In this document: piece after piece, positions 19,050 to 29,090 of the stretch
Numbering within the stretch: the stretch's first letter is position 1
How the letters are laid out: the number at the start of each line of letters is the position of its first letter
Source: an uncultured Chloroflexia bacterium
Lineage (GTDB): Bacteria; Chloroflexota; Limnocylindria; Limnocylindrales; CSP1-4
Reading direction: 5' to 3'
Assembly: GCA_963734535.1 (NCBI GenBank)
Contig: CAVTHS010000014.1
Coordinates: 1-64,000 of the forward strand
Length of the DNA: 64,000 bases
Made by a program: the position numbers and the translations under genes
Notes under the pieces: model-generated
The model's database searches: none
The model's input: only the letters and a program-made list of their open reading frames with translations
Told to the model about the DNA's origin: nothing

Positions 19050-20218
19050 TGAGCCTCGTGCGCAACCTCGGCCGCCGAAAGCTGCGGACGACGCTCACGG
19101 TGCTCGGGATCGTCATCGGGATCTGGGCGCTCGTCGTCTTCAGCTCGATGGCCAACAAGATCAACACGCTCGTGTCGAGCGGCACCGACTACTACGTCGG
19201 CAAGGTTGTCGTGAGCGACGGCTCGACCAGCGGCCTGGGCATCGGCCTCGTCCCGATCGACGTCGAGCTGGCCGGCCAGATCCGTGGCCTCGGCGGTGTG
19301 GGCGCGGTCGACCCGCAGGTGCAGATGCCGTTCGAGGACGTCAAGGCCGCAGGCTTCGGCATCCCGAAGCTCATCATCGGCGCGGTGGCCGGCGCGGACC
19401 GGGGGCTGGACGGCTTCCGGGTCCACCCCGGCCAGGGCCGCCTGTTGACCGCGGCGGATGAGGGCTCCCGGGTGGCCGTCCTGGGCTCGGACATGGCCCG
19501 CCAGTTCGGCCTCACCGTGGGCGGCACCATCGTGGTGCGCGGCGTGTCGTTCGCGATCGTCGGCGTGCTTGAACCCACCCTGACCGCGCCCGACACGACG
19601 GCCATGCTGCCGCTGGCGGCGGCCCAGGAGCTGTTCCTCGCCAGCCTTCCCCCGAAGCTGAGCGGGGCCCTGCATGCCAGCGAGCTGGCAACCCAGATCG
19701 TCGTCTACCCATCACCGGGGACCGATACGGGCCCGCTTGCCAACGAGATCAAGGCGCTGGGCAACGTGACCACGATGACGAGCGCCGACTTCAAGGAGCA
19801 GGTGGGCGGCAGCATGGTGATCTTCAACGCGATCATCATCGGCGTCGCGATCATCAGCCTGGTCGTCGGCGGCCTGTCGGTCATCAACACGATGGCCATG
19901 AGCGTCACCGAGCGGACCCGTGAGATCGGCATCAAGCGGGCGATCGGCGGGTCGCGCCAACGGATCATCCGTGAGCTCGTCACCGAGGCCGGGCTGATCG
20001 GGGTGATCGGCGGGCTCATCGGTCTCGCGCTGGGGGCCGTGGTGGTCTTCCTCGCCAACGAGGCCGGCCGGAGCTCCGGCACCAGCCTGTTCGACCTGAC
20101 CCCGGGCACGGCGGCCTTCGCCGTCGCCTTCAGCACGATCCTCGGCACCGTCGCCGGCATCGTGCCCGCCTGGAACGCTGCCCGGCTGGATCCGGTTGCC
20201 GCGCTCCGCTACGAGTAA
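19049..20218 (+). CDS. ABC transporter permease, MacB/FtsX family
   Basis: RRKLRTTLTVLGIVIG, GRLLT...AVLGS, SVINTMAMSVTERTREIGIKRAIG, PAWNAARLDPVAALRYE. Confidence 0.93.
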   Translation: MSLVRNLGRRKLRTTLTVLGIVIGIWALVVFSSMANKINTLVSSGTDYYVGKVVVSDGSTSGLGIGLVPIDVELAGQIRGLGGVGAVDPQVQMPFEDVKAAGFGIPKLIIGAVAGADRGLDGFRVHPGQGRLLTAADEGSRVAVLGSDMARQFGLTVGGTIVVRGVSFAIVGVLEPTLTAPDTTAMLPLAAAQELFLASLPPKLSGALHASELATQIVVYPSPGTDTGPLANEIKALGNVTTMTSADFKEQVGGSMVIFNAIIIGVAIISLVVGGLSVINTMAMSVTERTREIGIKRAIGGSRQRIIRELVTEAGLIGVIGGLIGLALGAVVVFLANEAGRSSGTSLFDLTPGTAAFAVAFSTILGTVAGIVPAWNAARLDPVAALRYE

Positions 20219-20231
20219 GGGGGACCTGACG

Positions 20232-20945
<714 letters not shown>

Positions 20946-21048
20946 CGGTCTCCGGGAGCCATCACGAGGGTTGATCCATCCCTGCCTTCGATCCGCCCTG
21001 CCGCAGCCGAAAGGAAAGCATCGTGACGACACCGACTGTGCTTCTCGA

Positions 21049-21549
21049 ATGAGTGACGTTGTCGAGCTCCTCACCCGGAGTGTGCTCATCGGCGTGGGAG
21101 CGTCGGCGCTGATGGACCTCTGGGCGCTGTTCTCGCGACGCGCCCTCGGCATCCAGGGCCTCGACTACGCGCTGCTGGGTCGCTGGATCGGCCACTTCCC
21201 GCAGCGCCGCTTCTTCCACGAGCGGATCGCTGCCGCCGATCCGATTCGCGGAGAGCGACCGCTCGGGTGGGTGGCGCACTACGCGATCGGCATCGCGTTC
21301 TCGTTCCTGCTGCTCGCGATCTGGGGGCTCGACTGGGCCCGATCCCCTTCGATCTGGCCGGCGATGCTTGTCGGGCTGGGCACGATCGTCGCCCCCTGGT
21401 TCATCCTGCAGCCCGGCATGGGCGCGGGCATCGCGGCCTCGCGAACGCCCAACCCCCGCGCCGCACGGCTCCGCAATCTCGCGACCCACGCCGTCTACGG
21501 GATCGGTCTCTACGCTTCGGCCGCGGCGCTCTCGATCCCCTGGACCTGA
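21049..21549 (+). CDS. DUF2938-family membrane protein
   Basis: IGVGASALMDLW, LDYALLGRWIGH, GERPLGWVAHYAIG, PWFILQPGMGAGIAASRTPNP. Confidence 0.82.
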   Translation: MSDVVELLTRSVLIGVGASALMDLWALFSRRALGIQGLDYALLGRWIGHFPQRRFFHERIAAADPIRGERPLGWVAHYAIGIAFSFLLLAIWGLDWARSPSIWPAMLVGLGTIVAPWFILQPGMGAGIAASRTPNPRAARLRNLATHAVYGIGLYASAAALSIPWT

Positions 21550-21607
21550 TCCGACCGGGCTCCGGTGGGGGCTCGGGCAGCAGCTCCCTGGGCGGGCACC
21601 CGGGCCG

Positions 21608-22432
21608 TCAGCGGCGAACCGCACCCGCGGCCAGGCCCCGGATGAAGCTGCGTTGGGCCAACAGGAAGAGGAGCAACGGCGGCAGGATGGCGATCGCCAT
21701 CCCGGCGAAGGTCAGTCCCTGGTCCGTTGCGTAGAACGTCGAGAAGCGGCTCAGGGCAAGCTGCACCGTGAAGGCATCCGGCTTCTGGATCAGGACGAGC
21801 GATCCGCTGAAGTCGTTCCACGTGAACACCGCCACGAGGACGGCGACGGCGACGATGCCCGGCCGCGCGAGCGGGACCATGATCCCGAGCAGAACCTCGA
21901 TCCGGCCGGCTCCGTCGACCCGGGCGGCATCGATGACGTCCCGCGGGATCGTGCGGAAGTAGCCGGTGAGAATCAGCGTTGCGAACGACACGTTGGCCAT
22001 CACGTTGAACAGCGCAACCCCGGGCAAGCTGTTGATCAGACCAAGGCTGCGGAACATCGAGAAGAGCGGAACGATGAGCACGTCGGTCGGGACGATCAAG
22101 GGAGCCAGGACCACCATGAAGAACACGGCTCGGAGGGGAGGCCGCAGCCGCGTGAGCGAATACGCTCCGGAGACCGACACGACGAGGACGACGGCCACGG
22201 TCATCGCGGTGACATACGCCGAGTTCGCCAGCGCAGGGCCGAGCTGGCCGCGGGTCCAGGCCTCGCCGATGTTCCCGATGGCCGGCGGCCACGGCAGGTC
22301 CCACGGAGCGCGGTAGATGTCCGCGCCTGGCCTGATCGCATTCGCCAGCGTCCAGGCCACCGGGTACAACCAGGCGACGGCGAGCATGCTCAGCAGCACC
22401 GTGGACCAGCGAACGCGACGCGGGCCGGTCAC
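21608..22432 (-). CDS. Carbohydrate ABC transporter permease (MalG-like)
   Basis: NSAYVT, YFRTIPRDVIDAARVDGA EAA motif, WNDF, QRSFIRGLAAGAVR; GTGA overlap with the upstream permease. Confidence 0.92.
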   Translation of the reverse strand: MTGPRRVRWSTVLLSMLAVAWLYPVAWTLANAIRPGADIYRAPWDLPWPPAIGNIGEAWTRGQLGPALANSAYVTAMTVAVVLVVSVSGAYSLTRLRPPLRAVFFMVVLAPLIVPTDVLIVPLFSMFRSLGLINSLPGVALFNVMANVSFATLILTGYFRTIPRDVIDAARVDGAGRIEVLLGIMVPLARPGIVAVAVLVAVFTWNDFSGSLVLIQKPDAFTVQLALSRFSTFYATDQGLTFAGMAIAILPPLLLFLLAQRSFIRGLAAGAVRR

Positions 22433-23349
22433 GAGCTCACCATCTCGGCGCGGCGCTCGAAGAACCGGTACTCCAGCAGTGCGAGCAGCAGGATCAGGAA
22501 CAACAGGATCATCGCCATGGCCTGCGCGTAGCCGACCTGGAGGAACCGGAACGCGGTGACGTAGACATCCGTGGCGACCGTCTCGGTGGCGTGCGAAGGA
22601 CCACCCTGGGTCATGACCCACACCATGTCGAAGATCCGCAGCGTCCCGAGCGTGGTCAACAGGACCAGCGTGAACGTGTGTGGCCACAGCAGCGGCCACG
22701 TGATCCGCCGGAACTGCGTGAACCTTCCGGCACCCTCAAGGACAGCGAATTCGTAGTACTCGCGCGGGAGCCCCTGGATCGCCGCGAGATACACCACCAT
22801 GTTGAAGCCGGCGAACCGCCACAGGAAGGCAACCATGATCGCCCAGAGCGCCGTGCTTGCGTCCGCGAGTGGCGCGATCGTCAGCGTGTGGAGCCCGAGG
22901 GCCGATCCCACGCCGGCCACGATCCCGAAGTAGGGTGCGTACAGGAACTTCCAGACCTCGCCGACCGCGACCGAGGCAAGGACGAATGGCGCGAAGAACA
23001 CGACTCGGAAGAACGTCCTTCCGCGTTTCACGTCGGCAACGAGGACGGCAAGGAACAGCCCGACGCCAGTCAGGAGCACGACCGCCGCGCCGGTGAACAG
23101 GAACGTGTTCACCAGGCTCCGATGGAAGACGGCGTCTCCGAAGATCGCACGCGCGTAGTGATCGAGCCCGACGAAGCTGGTGAGATCCAGGCCCTTCGTG
23201 TCATGCAGGCTGAGCACGACGCCGTAGACCAGCGGGTAGAAGAGGAAAGCGGCCAGGATCAGCAGGATCGGCAGGAGGAACAGCAGGTCGATGGCGCCTT
23301 CTCGGTGCGAGCGGCCGAGGGTCGCCAGGCGAGCTCGCGAATCGATCAA
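22429..23349 (-). CDS. Carbohydrate ABC transporter permease (MalF-like)
   Basis: LFLLPILL...FYPL, FVGLDHY, GFNMVVYLAAIQGLPREYYEFAVLEGA, MTQGGPSHATET; start uncertain (TTG 23349; ORF to 23421). Confidence 0.9.
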   Translation of the reverse strand: MIDSRARLATLGRSHREGAIDLLFLLPILLILAAFLFYPLVYGVVLSLHDTKGLDLTSFVGLDHYARAIFGDAVFHRSLVNTFLFTGAAVVLLTGVGLFLAVLVADVKRGRTFFRVVFFAPFVLASVAVGEVWKFLYAPYFGIVAGVGSALGLHTLTIAPLADASTALWAIMVAFLWRFAGFNMVVYLAAIQGLPREYYEFAVLEGAGRFTQFRRITWPLLWPHTFTLVLLTTLGTLRIFDMVWVMTQGGPSHATETVATDVYVTAFRFLQVGYAQAMAMILLFLILLLALLEYRFFERRAEMVSS

Positions 23350-23583
23350 GGCCGGGCCGTCGCAGAAGAGCCCGCCCCGCGTCTCATGCGACGGTCGGCG
23401 ATCGAGGGACGCGCATGGCATCGCTGGCGCCGATCGGGCGTCGGCCGCCGGCGCGATTCGCCCGGACCATCACACCTCCCGAGCGGGATCTGACCGGCCG
23501 AACCATACTCGCTCTCCGCTGGCGCCGACGTGGGGAGGCGGGCTCGCGGATCCAGCACGCGCATGGTCTACCTTGGGGGGTTA

Positions 23584-25014
23584 GTGGAGCCGATTCATCC
23601 AACGAGCGACGGCCTGTGGACGCGGGTGCGCAGTCGCCGGGACGTGCTCAGGCTCGGTGCGGTCATCGTCGCTGGCGGTGCGGTTGCTCCGCTGCTCGCC
23701 GCGTGCGCCGCGCCGAGCGGAAGCGCCGCGGCCTCCGTCGCTCCGAGCTCGGGCGGCAGCCTGGCGCCCGCCGCCCCGGCGACACATCCCCTTTCCGGTC
23801 CAATCACGGTCCTGATGGGCGGCGACCCGAGCACCCAGCCGTCGCTGAAGAAGGTCTACGACGACTTCAAGGCGCAGAACCCCGCAATCGAGTGGGACAC
23901 CCGGGCGCTCCCGGGCTTCGGAGCCGAATGGGATCGGCTCGCGCGTGCCTCGCTGGAGTCCGGCGAGCCCGTGGGGCTCGTGATGATCGATGGCTTGTTC
24001 GTTCGAGCGTGGGCGCGCGACGGCCTGCTCGCCGACCTCGGCGCCGACCCGGCGATGGCCGCGGTGCTCGCTCGAGTGCCGGAGCGGTTCCACCTCGCGG
24101 GGCCGGGAGAGGCCACCACAAGAGCCTTCCCCCTCGCCCTGACCCAGGGCGTCCAGACCACGGGCATGTACTACAACAAGGCGCTGCTCGAGCGGGCCGG
24201 CCTCGAGGCCCCGAGGACCATCGCGGAGCTCACGGCAATGGTCAGGCCGCTGGCGGCGCTCGGTGCGGCCCCGCTCACGTTCTGCTCCGGTGAGATCTCC
24301 TTCAACTCGATGCTCGTCACGTGGGTCTTGCCCATGATCGCGGGTCGTGGCGGCGACCCGCTGGCCTTCGTCGAGCGCACGATCAAGGGCGAGGTCGGAT
24401 ACGACAGCCCCGAATGGATCGAAGCCTTCGAGACGATCGACCACCTCCGCACCTCCGGCGTCCTGCTCGAGGGATCCGGGGCTACCGACTACGCGACGAT
24501 GCAGGCGCTCTTCCTGCAGGGAAGGGCAGGCCTGGCGTACAACGGCTCGTGGCTCCTGGCGCAGCTGCAGGCAGGCACCCCCACGGTCGCGTTCGACCTG
24601 CACGTCGCCCCGCTGCCCCTCGTGGACGGGACGTCGAAGGCGCACTCGATCCTCTCCTGGGGTGGCGTCGCGATGCCGGCCAAGGCCGCCGGGAGCCGTG
24701 ACAGCGTGCAAGCGTTCCTCGAGTATGCGAGCCGGCCGGAGGTCGACCGGGCCGTGGTCGAGGGCCTGCAGTCCTACTCGCCGATTGCCGCGTCGAATGC
24801 GGCGATCCACGACGCCGTGGCGCGGGAGTTCCTGCCCATGTTCGAGGACGCCATCACGCCGCTCAACTGGCTCTGGGAGCCGGAGATCGAAGCCGAGATC
24901 AACAACCAGGTCCAGGCGCTCGTGAAGGGCGACACCGACCCCGCATCCGTCGGGAAGGCGATCGAGGCCGTCGCAGCGGAGCTGCGTTCGTCAGGTCGCA
25001 GCTACTACTCGTAA
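23584..25014 (+). CDS. Sugar ABC transporter substrate-binding lipoprotein (Tat signal)
   Basis: SRRDVL twin-arginine motif, LAAC lipobox, GMYYNKALLERAGLEAPRTIAEL, FLQGRAGLAYNGSW (SBP family 1). Confidence 0.88.
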   Translation: MEPIHPTSDGLWTRVRSRRDVLRLGAVIVAGGAVAPLLAACAAPSGSAAASVAPSSGGSLAPAAPATHPLSGPITVLMGGDPSTQPSLKKVYDDFKAQNPAIEWDTRALPGFGAEWDRLARASLESGEPVGLVMIDGLFVRAWARDGLLADLGADPAMAAVLARVPERFHLAGPGEATTRAFPLALTQGVQTTGMYYNKALLERAGLEAPRTIAELTAMVRPLAALGAAPLTFCSGEISFNSMLVTWVLPMIAGRGGDPLAFVERTIKGEVGYDSPEWIEAFETIDHLRTSGVLLEGSGATDYATMQALFLQGRAGLAYNGSWLLAQLQAGTPTVAFDLHVAPLPLVDGTSKAHSILSWGGVAMPAKAAGSRDSVQAFLEYASRPEVDRAVVEGLQSYSPIAASNAAIHDAVAREFLPMFEDAITPLNWLWEPEIEAEINNQVQALVKGDTDPASVGKAIEAVAAELRSSGRSYYS

Positions 25015-25105
25015 TAGGGCGCTTACCAATCGGTTGCGGGGACGGGGTCGTTGTCGCGCCGCGGTGACCGGCCCGAAGCCGTGACCACGCCGCCGCCCGG
25101 CATGA

Positions 25106-26374
25106 TCAGCTCGCGTGCGCCTCGTCCGGGAGCAGCAGCGCCTCCGGATCGTCGAGGGGGACGCCAGTGTCGGCAAGCCGTTCCACGATGGCCGGCCGGC
25201 CCAGGCGGACGAGCGCCCCGATCGCGTCGTTGACCTTCGGGACATTGGCATTCATGCCCGCGACCACGCGGCCGTCCCGGAGCCAGAACGCGACGAACGC
25301 ACCGGAGGCGGGGTCGCCGCGGACCACGACCCGGTCCCAGGTGGGTGCATGCCCCGCGTATTCCATGCTGAGGTCGAACTGGTCCGAGTAGAGGTAGGGA
25401 ATGCGGGCGTACGGGTCGGTGCCTCCCAGCATGTTCTGGGCCGCGATCCGGCCCTGGCGCCGCGCGTTGTCCCAGTGTTCCACGCGAATTCGCGCCCCGA
25501 AGAGCGGGTGCCACGCCGCCGCCACGTCCCCGGCGGCGAAGATCCCGGGCACGCTCGTCTCGAGGTGCTCGTCGACGTGGATCCCGTCGCCAACCTCGAG
25601 GCCCGCCGCTGCGGCCAGGTCGGTCCGGGGTCGGGCCCCCACCCCGACGACGACGAGATCGGCCTCGATGCGCGTCCCGTCGTCCGTCTCGACCGCCTCG
25701 ACCGCGGTGCCGCCCCGGAAGGCGACGGCGCGCTGGGAGAGAAGCAGCTCGACGCCGTGGGCGGCATGAAGGTCGCGATAGACCGCCCCGATCTCGGGCC
25801 CGAGGACGCGCTCGAGCGGCGTCGAACCGGGGGCGACGAGGGCGACCGCCACCCCGAGCTCGCGGAGGGACGCGGCGACTTCCGAGCCGACCCATCCGCC
25901 GCCGATGACGGCGACCCGGCGCGCCGCGACGGCCCGGTCCCGGATCGCCTCGGCGTCCCCGACGGTGCGGAGCAGGTGGATGCCGGCAAGATCGCTCCCG
26001 GGAACGTCGAGCCGACGGGGCAGCGCACCGGTGGCGAGGAGCAGCCGGTCGTAGCGGATCCTTGACCCGTCCTCCAGGATGACGTCCCGCGATGGAACGT
26101 CGATCGACGTTACGCGCGAGGCCGTCCGCAGGTCGATGGCCTGCTCCGTGTAGAAGCCCCCCGCGTGGACATCCAGCTCGTCGCGCTCCTTCGCGCTCCG
26201 GAGATACTCCTTCGAGAGCGGCGGTCGCTCGTAGGGACGGTCGAGCTCCTCCCCGACGAGCACGATCCGCCCATCGAACCCCTTCTTGCGGAGGTGCGCG
26301 GCGGCGTTCGCCCCGGCGAGCCCGGCGCCCACGATGACGAATGTCCGTCCGCTGACCTGCCCGCGCTCCGTCAT
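25106..26374 (-). CDS. FAD/NAD(P)-dependent ferredoxin reductase-like oxidoreductase
   Basis: IVGAGLAG, PYERPPLSK, LLLATGA, VIGGGWVGSEVA, IFAAGDVA, RVEHWDNA, YSDQFD. Confidence 0.92.
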   Translation of the reverse strand: MTERGQVSGRTFVIVGAGLAGANAAAHLRKKGFDGRIVLVGEELDRPYERPPLSKEYLRSAKERDELDVHAGGFYTEQAIDLRTASRVTSIDVPSRDVILEDGSRIRYDRLLLATGALPRRLDVPGSDLAGIHLLRTVGDAEAIRDRAVAARRVAVIGGGWVGSEVAASLRELGVAVALVAPGSTPLERVLGPEIGAVYRDLHAAHGVELLLSQRAVAFRGGTAVEAVETDDGTRIEADLVVVGVGARPRTDLAAAAGLEVGDGIHVDEHLETSVPGIFAAGDVAAAWHPLFGARIRVEHWDNARRQGRIAAQNMLGGTDPYARIPYLYSDQFDLSMEYAGHAPTWDRVVVRGDPASGAFVAFWLRDGRVVAGMNANVPKVNDAIGALVRLGRPAIVERLADTGVPLDDPEALLLPDEAHAS

Positions 26375-26390
26375 CCTGTTGACCTCTTCT

Positions 26391-26436
26391 ATAACTAATC
26401 TATCTTATCTTTGCGGCTCCGCCACGCCGTGTCAAG
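26391..26436 (-). promoter_or_regulatory. Sigma70-like promoter region with AT-rich operator candidate
   Basis: The minus strand reads TTGACA followed by the AT-rich AAAGATAAGATAGATTAGTTAT just upstream of the reductase RBS; -10 spacing is imperfect. Confidence 0.35.
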
Positions 26437-27207
26437 GGGGTCGCGACCGCGTGGGTCCAGCCGGCCCCGGAGAAGGTCGCCCGCACCGTCTGCCAGCCTC
26501 CAGGCCCAGCCACCGCCGTCACCCCAGGCGAGGGACCGGAGGGCCGCGCCGGGTCCCGCCGGACGCAGGTATTCGAGCCGGTATCGCCGCTCCGGCGCAC
26601 GTACGTCGTCGGGACCGCCGGCGGCCGCGACCGCCTCGTCCATCCAGTCGAGATAGACGGCGTTGTTCACGTGGCCCTGGGGGTCCAGCTCGCGGAGGCG
26701 GGGGACCAGCGGCAGTCCCGCGACGCCCGGCGGCGACGGCGGAAGGTCCACGCGGGTGGGCGTGAACGGCGCACGGTCCACGCCCGGGACCTCCGTGAAG
26801 TCGAGCGGGATCCTGATCGGGGCGCGGCCGTCGGTCATCGCCCAATCGACACTGACCTCGCCGGCCAGACTGCCGTCGACGGCGCGGAGCTCCGACCGGC
26901 GACGGCACATCACCCGCCGGAACCCGGCGAGCCGGGTGGAGACGCGCAGCTCGTCGCCGTCGTGGATCGGCGCGACGAGAACCACATCGATCGCCCGGAC
27001 AACCCAGGCGAGCCCGCGCTCGCGATACCAGTCCCGCGGGAAGCCCAGGACCTCCGAGTGCCGCCAGGCGACATCCCCGATGTAGCCCAGCAGCGCCGAG
27101 GTCTTCGCCAGGCCATCTGGGGTCGCCTCGTCGAAACGAACGCGGTACATCTGCTCCAACCAGAGCACGTCGGGCGCGCCGGCCGGGGCGACGTCGCGCT
27201 CCGTCAT
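26395..27207 (-). CDS. Acyl-ACP/acyl-CoA thioesterase (double hotdog)
   Basis: YRVRFDEATPDG, AWVVRAIDV, RLRELDPQGHVNNAVYLDW, YRLEYLRPA; ATGA overlap at 27204-27207. Confidence 0.87.
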   Translation of the reverse strand: MTERDVAPAGAPDVLWLEQMYRVRFDEATPDGLAKTSALLGYIGDVAWRHSEVLGFPRDWYRERGLAWVVRAIDVVLVAPIHDGDELRVSTRLAGFRRVMCRRRSELRAVDGSLAGEVSVDWAMTDGRAPIRIPLDFTEVPGVDRAPFTPTRVDLPPSPPGVAGLPLVPRLRELDPQGHVNNAVYLDWMDEAVAAAGGPDDVRAPERRYRLEYLRPAGPGAALRSLAWGDGGGWAWRLADGAGDLLRGRLDPRGRDPLDTAWRSRKDKID

Positions 27208-27881
27208 CCGGGGGAAGGCTTGCGGCCGGCCAGCGCGTCGAGCGTCTCGAGCGTCACCACGGCGGTTCCCTGCCGCGGTGCCGTCTGCTGCGAGAGCCGC
27301 ACCGCGCACGAGGTGCGCACGTCGAAGACCACCAGCCCGACGCGCAGGGCGTGCTCCTCGTCGGCTGCGTGGCGGCGCGCGTCATCGAGCTGGTTGAGAA
27401 CGTCGGCGTTGATCCCCCGCGCGCCCCACTTGCAGTCCCACGCCTCCTCGCGTCCGGCCGTCTCGACGGTCAGGTCGTACGGGTGGATCTCGGCGGCGAC
27501 GCCGTCGAAGAGCACGCGACGCTCGCGGCGAACCGCGGCCGTGCCCGCTCGCCGGGCCACCAGCACCTGCGCGAGGGACTCGACGAACGCCCCCCGGAAC
27601 TGGCTCCTGACCTGCTCCCCCCGCTCGGCGACCTCGAGGCTGGCGGCCAGGATCGCCTCGGCGTGCTCGGGGTCGGGCGCTCCGGCCCCGAGCACCGTCG
27701 GGAAGATTCGTCGCCACGTCTCCGGCTCGGTCGATTCGCCGTTCATGACGGCCCTGGCCAGCAGCCGCTGCCCGTAGCTCGCATCGGCGGCGAGGGTCGC
27801 CAGGCGCGCCACGAGCGGGTCCGCCTGGATCCCCGCATAGACGACCGCGCGAGCGTCGCGGGCAGCATCCTGGAACCGCAC
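27204..27881 (-). CDS. Hypothetical protein with a PD-(D/E)XK-like motif
   Basis: RGAFVESL...HPYDLTV...AWDCKWG...LNQL; start uncertain (GTG 27881). Confidence 0.55.
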   Translation of the reverse strand: MRFQDAARDARAVVYAGIQADPLVARLATLAADASYGQRLLARAVMNGESTEPETWRRIFPTVLGAGAPDPEHAEAILAASLEVAERGEQVRSQFRGAFVESLAQVLVARRAGTAAVRRERRVLFDGVAAEIHPYDLTVETAGREEAWDCKWGARGINADVLNQLDDARRHAADEEHALRVGLVVFDVRTSCAVRLSQQTAPRQGTAVVTLETLDALAGRKPSPG

Positions 27882-28288
27882 CTCAGGCTCGACCCGTTCC
27901 TGGACGGGGCGCCGCGCCGGCGGTTCCCCCGCGGGCGGTTCCCTTCGCCGAGCGCCAGCTCGGCGATCGCCGGGAGGGTCGACAGCCAGTCGATCGCCCG
28001 GTGGGGATCGGTGATTCGGCCGGCCTCGTCCGCAAGGGCGTCGATCGCGGCCGCGGTCTCCGCCGGGACGAGCGCGCCAGCGTCGGGCACGGAAGCGCTG
28101 AGTCGCGCGCGACCCATCTCGGCGAGCTTCGTCACGTAGGTCCACTCGTCCTCGATGGTCTCGCCGAGCTCGGAAAGGACCTCCAGGGCGGCCAGGGCGA
28201 TCGCGAGGAGATCGCCGGCTCGAACGGGACCGGGACTGCGCGGGACGGCGCCCGCGGGCCCGGGTCCGCCGGCCAGATCTTCGCTCAC
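27743..28288 (-). CDS. Hypothetical helical protein (true 3' end possibly near 27883)
   Basis: LEVLSELGETIEDEWTYVTKL...AIDALADEAGRITDPHRAIDWLSTLP reads as genuine coding; the tail overlapping the next gene may reflect a frameshift. Confidence 0.6.
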   Translation of the reverse strand: MSEDLAGGPGPAGAVPRSPGPVRAGDLLAIALAALEVLSELGETIEDEWTYVTKLAEMGRARLSASVPDAGALVPAETAAAIDALADEAGRITDPHRAIDWLSTLPAIAELALGEGNRPRGNRRRGAPSRNGSSLRCGSRMLPATLARSSMRGSRRTRSWRAWRPSPPMRATGSGCWPGPS

Positions 28289-28381
28289 GAACGAGAGCGT
28301 AGCGCTGCGCCGCGGGGTGCGTCGCGCGCCGCGCCGTGCGCCGCCAGGGCACCGCGCCCCGGAGGCCAGGTGCCCTGTCGC

Positions 28382-28624
28382 TCAGGCCAGGCGGGGCAGT
28401 CGACTCCGCTCGAGATCGCGTGCCGCCAGCTCGATCCGGACCAGCAGCGCACGGAGCCGCTCGTAGCAGGTGGCGTCCCATGCGCGAGAGTACGCGGCGA
28501 TCGCTTCGGCCCGGAGACGCGCGGCATCGCCCATCGCGCCCAGCTGCTCGAGACGGGCGAGCGCGTCGAGCACGTCGCGATAGAGACGCGGAAGCGTCTC
28601 GGCGATCGTCTGGTCCGAGTTCAC
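28382..28624 (-). CDS. Small hypothetical helical protein
   Basis: IAETLPRLYRDVLDALARLE...AIAAYSRAWD; same strand as neighbours and fills the gap. Confidence 0.6.
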   Translation of the reverse strand: MNSDQTIAETLPRLYRDVLDALARLEQLGAMGDAARLRAEAIAAYSRAWDATCYERLRALLVRIELAARDLERSRLPRLA

Positions 28625-28700
28625 GCTCAGGATCGTGGCGCTCCCCATGGCCGGTGGCAATCCCCCGAACGTACGGGGCCGGGCGGGCCGGGCCCCCGGG

Positions 28701-29090
28701 TCAGTCCCCGGGGTGGCTGCCCGAGCGGATCTGGAAGCGCTCGAACCGGCCCGTCGGCGGCATCCAGGCCGGGATCACCCGGTCCACCTGCGCCGAGATC
28801 GGGCCGCGGGCGAGCGCCATGAGCAGTGCCTCGAGAGCTGCCCGGGGACCCTCGGCCACGCACACCACCGCGCCGTCCGCCCGGTTCGCAACCCAGCCCC
28901 GGAGCTCCAGGCCTCCGGCCACCTGCATCACGAACCAGCGAAACCCGACGCCCTGGACGGCGCCGATGACCGTCGCCTCGAGGCGCTCGGCGACGGGTGT
29001 CCCGTCGTGGCCCGGGAGCGCGCCGCCATCGCCCACCGGCGTGCCGTCGGGGCCCGGGGGCAGGGTCGTCGCGTCGTCGGGCACGGTCAC
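28701..29090 (-). CDS. acyP: Acylphosphatase
   Basis: VIGAVQGVGFRWF, LRGWVANRADGAVVCVAEG; GTGA overlap with the holB stop. Confidence 0.9.
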   Translation of the reverse strand: MTVPDDATTLPPGPDGTPVGDGGALPGHDGTPVAERLEATVIGAVQGVGFRWFVMQVAGGLELRGWVANRADGAVVCVAEGPRAALEALLMALARGPISAQVDRVIPAWMPPTGRFERFQIRSGSHPGD

